A stretch of 32,000 bases of DNA from Candidatus Nanobsidianus stetteri (lineage in GTDB: Archaea > Nanobdellota > Nanobdellia > Nanobdellales > Nanobdellaceae). The stretch is taken from positions 26,945 to 58,944 of the forward strand of contig APJZ01000005.1 in NCBI GenBank assembly GCA_000387965.1, written 5' to 3'. This document shows positions 22,731 through 30,494 of the stretch, in pieces. Below the pieces are notes generated by a model. The model saw nothing but the letters and a program-made list of their open reading frames with translations, was not told where the DNA came from and ran no database searches. The position numbers and the translations under genes are program-made. The first letter of the stretch is position 1; each line of letters opens with the position of its first letter.

Positions 22731-22752
22731 TCTTTTATTAAAATATGTAAAA

Positions 22753-25700
22753 ATGACATCTGAAAATTCTAATTTAAATAATAACAATCAAGAAATAAAA
22801 GTTAATGGATTAAGAAAAATATTATCAAAGAATATACTTATAGATATATTAATAATTATATTTATATTCTTATTTACTTTAGGATCCAGAGGTTTATTAA
22901 TGAATTTCTTAGGAAATTATTCCTTAGTAGGACCTGATGCATACTTAATGTTTAAATATTTTGAATCCTTGGTATTTAATCATACAGTAAATAGTTTTAC
23001 ATATAATTTAGATTATCCACTACCATTTTATTTGTATAATAAAGATCTTGTATCATATTTGGCATTTTTGGCTTATTTGATGTTTCAGAATTTTGGTAAC
23101 CAAATTATTTCACTATTAAATATTTTACAAATACATCCAGCATCAAATATTATATTATGGTTAGCAGCAGACTTTACCAATGCTTATGTACCTGCAATCG
23201 CTTCAATTATATTCTATTTCTTAGCAAGGAATATATTTAAAGATAAATATTTAGCACTTTTTTCTTCTATGATTTTTGCTATAAATCCATTTTTGACAAC
23301 AAGATTGATTTTATTTGATACCGAATTGGGAGCGGTTATTTTCCTAGTATTATCTTTTTACCTTATAATTAAATACTTCAATGCAAAACCTGAGAATAAT
23401 ATATACAAAAAATTATTCCTAATTCTTTATTCAATTGTTAGCTTAATAATATTTTATAAAACATCTCTATTTCCAAATCCAGATGTATATTTAACAATTG
23501 AATTATTTTTATTCTTTTTTATTTTACTATTATTATATCCAATATTCAAAGGATCAAGAGCATATTATTTGACGTTATTAATATTTACTACAGCATTGAC
23601 TAGAAAAGGATGGGGTGGATGGATAATAATACCAATTGTATTTGGTTTAACATTATTAATTAGATATTTCTATAATAGAGATTATAAAGATATATATTTT
23701 TATTTACCATATATCGGATTTACAGGAATATTAGATAATTTATTAACACCTGGAGTTTTAGGAATTGATTTATTCTTAAGTTATCATAATTTATTTTTAG
23801 AACTTTCAATGATACTAATATTTTTATATGAAATATTAAAAGATAATAAAATACTGGAAAAAATTACTGAAAATAGAATATTCATTATAAAAAGATATAT
23901 TAAAGATGATAAATTGCTAAAAAAATATACAATATTTATATTAATTTTTATCATATCTTTACCATTTTTAATTGACAAATTAGTTACGTCTTTCTTATAT
24001 AATCCATTTACATATGCTAGAATGGGTTCTACAATTGCAGAATTTCAGCCAACCACTGCAGGATATTATTTAAGTTTATTTGGACAAATAGGTTTAATAT
24101 TAACTTACTTAGGTTTGGGATATTTAATATTTGATAAAAATAAATCTAAAAACCTTTTAATATCACAATTTTTATTTATATTTATATTAACTATATCAGA
24201 ATTTCTTATTGGTCCATCTACATATCTTTTAATATTTTATCTATTAATTTATTCTATATTTATAATATCATATAATAAAGAAAACAATAAACACGATATT
24301 ATAAAGACAATATTTGAGACATTTGCATTATCAATTGCCATTCAATTTGTAATATTCTCAGATTTAGTAATTAATGGTATATTCATAAGTATATTTATAT
24401 CTTGGATTACTTTTTTCATTTTAATAGTCTATATTTCTTTATTCAATAGAAATCTAAGTGATGAAGAAATCTTTGTATTATCATTATCATTCATAGCACT
24501 TATTGTAGGAAAATATATATATGAATTGGTTTATTATAATGGTTTAGCTTTCCCATTATTATATATATTTGGTATAGAAATATTCAATTTGTTTAAAGAT
24601 GAATTTTCCAAATTAAAGAATATTATAAAGGAAAACATAATATTAATATTACTATTAATTTCATCTATTTCAGGAATGTCTTTATATATATCAACGGGAA
24701 TATTCTTATTCTTAATTCCAATGATATTTTTAGGAATATATATTTTGTATGAATACATATTAGATAAAAATCTAGAACTATTTAGTTTATTTAAATATAG
24801 CTTAATTTTATTTACAATATTCGGTCCTATATTTTCTATAAGCAATAAAGTCTATGGATATCCTGGATATATAGTAAACTATTTTTCAAGTGCTGGTCAA
24901 TTTGGAACTCCAGATTATGAAATAAATACTTTCTTATGGATAAGCCAAAATACTCCACAAAATTCTATTATAAATTCCTGGTGGGATTATGGATATTATA
25001 TTTACGTATTAGGAAATAGAACTGCATGGATAAATGGTGCAAATGCCTATCCATATTGGAATCATTTAATGGGTAGATATGGATTATCTTCAGACAATAT
25101 AACACAAACATTACAATTGTTCTATGTACATGCAGATTATAATTATCAGACATTTAAAACATTAGAATTATTCAATGAAAATTCTATATTTTATAACTAT
25201 TTATATAAATATTTAGGATTTAATGAAAGCGAAGTAAATGAAATTGAAAAATTAAAGGATTCTCTAGGATATAATAATTGGATAAATCTATTATATCAAT
25301 TTAATGGATCTCTAGAATCTATTTCATCATATAATTTATCTCAACAAGATATAGAACTATTAGAAAAATTATATAATATGAATTACTTGAAACCTGCATA
25401 TTTGTATATAGATCCTACAGATATAGGAAAATCCTTTGCTTTCCAATTTTTAGGATCAAATGAAAGTTATGATAAAGAATCTTGGATATCTCAATTTACA
25501 TCTGGAACAACAATAAATCCAGGACCAGCAATTCCTTCAGTATATTATGATGGATATTATATATTTGCAACAAATAATAGTTTATTTTACTTTGGTCAAG
25601 AACCATTAGATCAAGATTTGAATATTAATGGAACTATAATAAATAGATGTATATATGTACAAAATCTTGGTATAATTAACCAAAATAGTTGTGGAATAAT

Positions 25701-26280
25701 AACAGAAGTTCAATTATTATTTAATCAATCTATAGTAGAAAGATCTGGAATATATCAAACATTAAATATAAACAATATTAATCCAAATAATTTAATAGGA
25801 GCATATGTATATATCTATTATCCATTAAATAATCAACAATATATACTCTCATTAAAATATGTAGATATGAATGGACAATTAGTTACATTTAATAATTCTC
25901 AATACGGTGGATTATTATATATAACCCAATATTATTCATTATTACAGCAAAATAATCCATTGGGATCGTTCTTATATGCATATTTTATATCACAAAAAGC
26001 TACTCAATATGATTGGGTACAACTATACTTCTTAAATAACAATTATAATGGAACATTTGATCTTGTATTTTATTCAAATGAATTATATGGTCTTCCTTCA
26101 ATAATATATTACGATATTCCTCCAGCAAAGGTATGGGAAATCAATTTCCCAGAGAACTTTACTGTTCCGGATTATTTATATTGTATATATCTAGCAACAA
26201 ATATTCAACAAATAAATGAGTGTGGAAAAATATATAATTTGGCCTATTATGAAAATTTAAAAGATTATTATAATGTATAA
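22753..26280 (+). CDS. aglB: Archaeal oligosaccharyltransferase AglB (STT3 family), unusually long (1175 aa)
   Basis: Catalytic motifs occur in canonical order: first-loop Asp (VGPDAYLMFKY), DxE-like ILFDTELGA, TIxE motif GSTIAEFQP (T427-E430), WWDYG (W743-G747; INSWWDYGYYI) and a DK-type motif TDIGKSFAF. The N-terminal domain is multi-TM. Confidence 0.9.
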   Translation: MTSENSNLNNNNQEIKVNGLRKILSKNILIDILIIIFIFLFTLGSRGLLMNFLGNYSLVGPDAYLMFKYFESLVFNHTVNSFTYNLDYPLPFYLYNKDLVSYLAFLAYLMFQNFGNQIISLLNILQIHPASNIILWLAADFTNAYVPAIASIIFYFLARNIFKDKYLALFSSMIFAINPFLTTRLILFDTELGAVIFLVLSFYLIIKYFNAKPENNIYKKLFLILYSIVSLIIFYKTSLFPNPDVYLTIELFLFFFILLLLYPIFKGSRAYYLTLLIFTTALTRKGWGGWIIIPIVFGLTLLIRYFYNRDYKDIYFYLPYIGFTGILDNLLTPGVLGIDLFLSYHNLFLELSMILIFLYEILKDNKILEKITENRIFIIKRYIKDDKLLKKYTIFILIFIISLPFLIDKLVTSFLYNPFTYARMGSTIAEFQPTTAGYYLSLFGQIGLILTYLGLGYLIFDKNKSKNLLISQFLFIFILTISEFLIGPSTYLLIFYLLIYSIFIISYNKENNKHDIIKTIFETFALSIAIQFVIFSDLVINGIFISIFISWITFFILIVYISLFNRNLSDEEIFVLSLSFIALIVGKYIYELVYYNGLAFPLLYIFGIEIFNLFKDEFSKLKNIIKENIILILLLISSISGMSLYISTGIFLFLIPMIFLGIYILYEYILDKNLELFSLFKYSLILFTIFGPIFSISNKVYGYPGYIVNYFSSAGQFGTPDYEINTFLWISQNTPQNSIINSWWDYGYYIYVLGNRTAWINGANAYPYWNHLMGRYGLSSDNITQTLQLFYVHADYNYQTFKTLELFNENSIFYNYLYKYLGFNESEVNEIEKLKDSLGYNNWINLLYQFNGSLESISSYNLSQQDIELLEKLYNMNYLKPAYLYIDPTDIGKSFAFQFLGSNESYDKESWISQFTSGTTINPGPAIPSVYYDGYYIFATNNSLFYFGQEPLDQDLNINGTIINRCIYVQNLGIINQNSCGIITEVQLLFNQSIVERSGIYQTLNINNINPNNLIGAYVYIYYPLNNQQYILSLKYVDMNGQLVTFNNSQYGGLLYITQYYSLLQQNNPLGSFLYAYFISQKATQYDWVQLYFLNNNYNGTFDLVFYSNELYGLPSIIYYDIPPAKVWEINFPENFTVPDYLYCIYLATNIQQINECGKIYNLAYYENLKDYYNV

Positions 26281-27280
26281 AGAAATTTTAATTGCTATAT
26301 TACCATTAATATTGTCTTTTTTTGTTTCATATTATTTAATAAAAAAATGGATACCCATTGCTCATAGAGAAGGATATGTAGGAAGAGATATGAATAAGTA
26401 TAATAAACCAGAAGTAGCAGAAATTGGCGGTTTATATGCAATAATTGGTATAATATTTGGAATATTATTATATATTGGATTAAAAGTATATATATTGAAA
26501 ACTACAGAAGATTTGATAGAAGTATTTTCTATATTAACATTATTATCATTAACTACAATATTGGGATTATTTGACGATATATTAGGATGGAAAAAGGGAT
26601 TAAAACCTTTGCAAAGAGTATTTTTAACATTTATATTAGCACTACCATTAATGATAATATCCGTAGGCAATTCATATGTTAATTTACCATTTATTGGAGA
26701 AGTAAATTTTGGAATATTATATCCACTATTGATAGTACCAATTGCAATAATGGGTACATCAAATGCATTTAACATGCTTGCTGGATATAATGGTCTAGAG
26801 GGATCTATGGGAATTTTATTAATTGGCGCAGTTGGATTAGAATCATATTTAACTAGTAATTATTATTTAGCGGAAATATCATTAATAACAATATTTTCAA
26901 TAATAGCGTTTCTAATATTTAATTGGTATCCATCAAAAGTATTTCCAGGAAATTCATTTACATATGGTATTGGATCTTTATTTGGTGCAATAGTAATATT
27001 GGGAAACCTTGAGAAATTTGGATTAATTTTATTTATACTATATTTCTTAGAGTTAATATTATTTATAAGAGGGCTATTAAATCATGTATATAAAGAAAAC
27101 TTTGGAATACCTGATGAAAATAATAATCTAAAAGAACCATATGATAAAATATATAGTATTACCCATCTTGCAATTAGAATAAATAGAAAGATATTTAAGA
27201 AAGCAACAGAGAAAATGGTGGTATATACAATAATTTTATTACAAATAATAATAACAATATTTGCTTTCTTATATGGATAA
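26273..27280 (+). CDS. UDP-HexNAc:dolichyl/polyprenyl-phosphate HexNAc-1-phosphate transferase (GPT/MraY-WecA superfamily; AglH/Alg7-like)
   Basis: It is polytopic, with GLFDDILGWKKGLKP, the signature NAFNMLAGYNGLEGS and the FPGNSFTYGIGSLFG block. It has an 8-nt overlap with aglB. Confidence 0.85.
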   Translation: MYKEILIAILPLILSFFVSYYLIKKWIPIAHREGYVGRDMNKYNKPEVAEIGGLYAIIGIIFGILLYIGLKVYILKTTEDLIEVFSILTLLSLTTILGLFDDILGWKKGLKPLQRVFLTFILALPLMIISVGNSYVNLPFIGEVNFGILYPLLIVPIAIMGTSNAFNMLAGYNGLEGSMGILLIGAVGLESYLTSNYYLAEISLITIFSIIAFLIFNWYPSKVFPGNSFTYGIGSLFGAIVILGNLEKFGLILFILYFLELILFIRGLLNHVYKENFGIPDENNNLKEPYDKIYSITHLAIRINRKIFKKATEKMVVYTIILLQIIITIFAFLYG

Positions 27281-29063
27281 CCTAATTTATATCTTTTTTA
27301 ATAAAGATGCAAAAAAATTATTTTATAATATTAAAATACTAGATAATTTTTGCCAAAAAAATAATTTAAACCTAATTTGTATAACTAATAAAGAATATAA
27401 AAACATAGCACTAAAAATAAAAGAAAAATATAATTTAACATTTTATTTATTAGATAATGAAAGAGACATAAGAAAAATAAAAATTGAAGGAAATAATATA
27501 ATAATATACAATAATATAGATAAAAATATATATGATGTATATAGAAAAAGAAAATTCAAGGATGGGTTTATTGGTTTAATACGAGAGAATTTTATAATTT
27601 TCCATCTAATAAATCCATATATAATATTTGGAAAAAACATTAGAATATATGAAAATTTTTTATTAACATATTTAGGAAATAAAAAATTCTATATAGATGA
27701 AAAATGTAAAATTGACAAATTCTTCTTAGAAGAATTATTTATTAATTTAATAATATATTATGATAAAATAATTAAGACTTTTAATAAGATATTAAATTTA
27801 AAATATTTTAAGGATTATATATATGAAAAAATAGGATTAATAGCATACAAAGTTATCACTTTTTTATTATTGGTAATTTTAGCTAGAATATTAACAGACA
27901 CATTCTATGGAGCATATGTATCAATATACAATTTCTTAGGACTGATTGCTGGAATAATTGGATCTTCAAATATAATATTAACAAAATATCTTTCCGAATA
28001 TAAAGATAATAAATATATTAGAATAGATATATATTTAAAAGTTATTTTTTCATTATTTATTCTTTTAATTATTTTATTATTTCCAAATTATTTTTTATCT
28101 ACAACCTTTTATGGATATAGCTTTTTAGATATATTGATTATATATATAACTGCAATATTATTATCTTTAATTGGAGTTTATTTTTCTATATTTTATTCAC
28201 AATTAAATATAAAATCTGCTAAAAATCTATATATATTAGAGGCTTTACTTAAATTTATTTTCATAGTTTCTTTAGCAATTATAATAAAAAATGTTGGATT
28301 TATATTTGGTTTATTTTTAACATATTTTATTTTAAATCTAGTTTATCTTTATAAATTAAAGAAAAATAAAATTAATTTTTTATCAATATTAAAAGAAAAA
28401 ATTAATTTTAATGATTTTAAAAAATATATAAAATCTACTATACTTATTAGTTTGCCAGTAACTTTATTGGGTTTATATTCTTCAATAGATATACAAATAT
28501 TAAGAACATTTACAGACTACAATACAGTTGGAGAATTCTATTCAGCGTTGGTAATTGTATATACATTATCTGGAATATTTACTATAAATAATATAACATT
28601 ACCTAGAATATTAAAATGGGAAAAAGAAAGAGTTATTAGAAACATAAATAGATTATTATTAATACAATTTCTAATTAATATTATATTAACTGGATTGCTT
28701 ATATTGATTGGACCCTATATAATATTATTTATATTTGGGGAAAATTATCAATTATCGGCAAATATAATAAAATATCTCTCAATTATTTTGATAATAAATT
28801 CTTTTAATATATATACATTAATATTGTATAGAAAAGATATGGAAAAATATTATCCAATATATGCAATAACAACTGCCATACTTTCAATAATTACAGATAT
28901 TATATTAATATCAAATTTCAAATTATATGGGGCAATTGTCTCAGCAATATTGGCAAATGTATATATTGGATTAATAAGTTATATTATATATGAAACAAAA
29001 TTCCATAATATCCCTTCCAGATCTATTTTTAGATATAATTACAAAGAAAATAGATATAAATAA
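27261..29063 (+). CDS. Oligosaccharide/polysaccharide flippase (MOP/Wzx/AglR-like) fused to an unknown ~190-aa N-terminal soluble domain
   Basis: From about aa 190 there are ~12 hydrophobic helices with a Wzx-like onset (LLVILARILTDTFYGAYVSIYNFLGLIAGIIGSS). The first ~190 aa have no TM and no motif I recognise. It overlaps the GPT gene by 20 nt. Confidence 0.6.
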   Translation: MLSYMDNLIYIFFNKDAKKLFYNIKILDNFCQKNNLNLICITNKEYKNIALKIKEKYNLTFYLLDNERDIRKIKIEGNNIIIYNNIDKNIYDVYRKRKFKDGFIGLIRENFIIFHLINPYIIFGKNIRIYENFLLTYLGNKKFYIDEKCKIDKFFLEELFINLIIYYDKIIKTFNKILNLKYFKDYIYEKIGLIAYKVITFLLLVILARILTDTFYGAYVSIYNFLGLIAGIIGSSNIILTKYLSEYKDNKYIRIDIYLKVIFSLFILLIILLFPNYFLSTTFYGYSFLDILIIYITAILLSLIGVYFSIFYSQLNIKSAKNLYILEALLKFIFIVSLAIIIKNVGFIFGLFLTYFILNLVYLYKLKKNKINFLSILKEKINFNDFKKYIKSTILISLPVTLLGLYSSIDIQILRTFTDYNTVGEFYSALVIVYTLSGIFTINNITLPRILKWEKERVIRNINRLLLIQFLINIILTGLLILIGPYIILFIFGENYQLSANIIKYLSIILIINSFNIYTLILYRKDMEKYYPIYAITTAILSIITDIILISNFKLYGAIVSAILANVYIGLISYIIYETKFHNIPSRSIFRYNYKENRYK

Positions 29064-29866
29064 AAATACTGGAAATATAAATCAGGAAATCAGATTAAAA
29101 ATTGGAGGAAATGCTGCAAATTTTTCAATTGCATTGGGTAAAATTGGAATTAAAAATAAATTAATAGCTGGATGTAATAAAATTTCAGAATTAATATTTA
29201 GACAATATATAAAAGATAAAAAATTAAAGATAAGATTTTTACCAATATATATAGATATTTCTATTACTATTAGTTTAGAAGATAATGATAGAATTATGAT
29301 AACAGATCCAAAAGGTATTCAAATTGGAATTAATGAAATAAAAAAATATGAAAAATTATTAAAGAAAACAAAATATATATTCTTTGGAAATTGGAATAAT
29401 AATAAAAAGTCCAATGAATTATTAAAATATATAATTAATTTAAATAGAGATGCAAAAATATATTTGGATATAGGAGATCCTTCAATAAATATTGAAAATT
29501 TAAATGAATTAATTAAAATATTAAAAGAAAATAGAATATGGGTTTTAAGTTTAAATGAATATGAATTAGAATATTTAGGAAATTTTCTTAAATTGGATTA
29601 TGAGAATCTATTAGATTTAGCAAATAAATTATATAAAATATTAAATGTAGAACATCTAGATATTCATTCTCCAGATTTTGTTTATTCTTTACCATCAAAT
29701 ATATATATAAAATTGAGAAAGTTAAACCAATAATATTAACAGGTGCAGGTGATACATGGAATGCTGGAAATTTTATGGATATTTAATAATCTAGATAATA
29801 AGATAGATTATTATTTGCAATGAAATTGCTAGAATATATATTGATGATTTTAATCATTTTATAAAA
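28990..29866 (+). pseudogene. PfkB/ribokinase-family carbohydrate kinase, disrupted (two -1 frameshifts plus two in-frame TAG codons near the 3' end)
   Basis: Frame 1 encodes IISLPDLFLDII...IGGNAANFSIALGKIGIK (PfkB N-terminal signature) and stops at 29731..29733. The second PfkB signature ILTGAGDTWNAGNF is in another frame at 29736..29774. The expected continuation FYGYLII-TAG-IIR-TAG-IIICNEIARIYIDDF is in a third frame, with TAG codons at 29792..29794 and 29804..29806. Confidence 0.6.
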
Positions 29867-29937
29867 CGCCCCCGCCGGGATTTGAACCCGGGTCACGGGA
29901 TCGACAGTCCCGTATGCTGCCGCTACACCACGGAGGC
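29867..29937 (-). tRNA. tRNA-Asp (anticodon GTC)
   Basis: The reverse complement gives a 71-nt cloverleaf. The acceptor is GCCTCCG/CGGGGGC with one G-U pair. The arms are D arm GTGT-AGCGGCA-GCAT, anticodon arm CGGGA-CTGTCGA-TCCCG and T arm CCGGG-TTCAAAT-CCCGG, with a 4-nt variable loop and discriminator G. There is no CCA and no intron. Confidence 0.9.
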
Positions 29938-29954
29938 TTAATATTCTCTATGAT

Positions 29955-30494
29955 TTAATATACTTTTAATTTTTCTTTAATTTTATTAAATATGTCTTCA
30001 GAATAAAATTTCTTATATTCTCTTAGTAGATTTATTAATTCTTGATCAATATCAATTATCTTTTCATCTATTAAATATTGTATAAACTGTGTTAAATTTG
30101 AAGGATTGTTTTTTAATCTTGCCCTTTCCCAATCTATTAAATAAATTTTATTATCCTTAATAATTATGTGTTCATAGGGTCTTCTCATTTCTTCTTTTTC
30201 AATTTTTAATCTATCTAATAAAAATAAAATATCTAAAATATTATCTAAGTATTTTTTCTTTTCTTCTATATCTAAATCTTCAAATTTTTTTCCATTGATA
30301 TATTCCATCTCTATTTCCAAATTTTTATCATTATAAGAAATAATCTTTGGAACAAAACCAAAATTATTTAAAAAATTTAAAAAATATTTCTCTTTTTCAT
30401 AATTTTTATATAATTTATCCTTAAATTTTTTTATTATTGTACCATTTTCTGTTAAAAAAATCTCGGAATGCCAACTTTCATCAATCTTTTTCAT
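29955..30494 (-). CDS. Small protein-kinase-fold protein (Bud32/RIO/COG2112-like) with non-canonical catalytic loop
   Basis: It is 179 aa. The N-lobe-like part is SEIFLTENGTIIKKFKD...EKEKYFLNFL...VPKIISY....LEIEMEYINGKKF. The C-lobe part is LKIEKEEMRRPYEHIIIKDNKIYLIDWERA, where typical small kinases have HGDL....N.....IDF. It has an ATGA overlap with thrS. Confidence 0.45.
   Translation of the reverse strand: MKKIDESWHSEIFLTENGTIIKKFKDKLYKNYEKEKYFLNFLNNFGFVPKIISYNDKNLEIEMEYINGKKFEDLDIEEKKKYLDNILDILFLLDRLKIEKEEMRRPYEHIIIKDNKIYLIDWERARLKNNPSNLTQFIQYLIDEKIIDIDQELINLLREYKKFYSEDIFNKIKEKLKVY

Noticed and set aside
22701-22787. N-terminal 29 codons of the 126-aa track ORF upstream of rps28e
   Set aside because: They are F/Y/N-rich, overlap the divergent aglB start (22753) and would eliminate the shared promoter region. 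The Met at 22700 has a TATA-like box at about -27.
23784-25153. Minus-strand ORFs 23784..23978, 24534..24845 and 24968..25153, plus 27443..27640 in the flippase
   Set aside because: They are antisense to aglB or the flippase. One overlaps the WWDYG-coding segment, which fixes the true frame.
26362-26775. 137-aa minus-strand ORF inside the GPT (AglH-like) gene
   Set aside because: It is antisense to a gene with unambiguous GPT motifs (NAFNMLAGYNGLEGS). Its translation is N/I/P-rich and has no recognisable domain.
29700-29714. Programmed -1 ribosomal frameshift in the PfkB gene
   Set aside because: The A/T run is not a canonical X XXY YYZ slippery heptamer with a downstream structure. A second shift and stop codons follow, so decay or homopolymer sequencing error is more parsimonious.
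29792-29806. Two in-frame TAG codons in the PfkB tail as stop-codon reassignment or pyrrolysine
   Set aside because: TAG clearly terminates other well-supported genes in the window (6420..6422, 20994..20996). The same region also has two frameshifts, and no Pyl machinery is evident.
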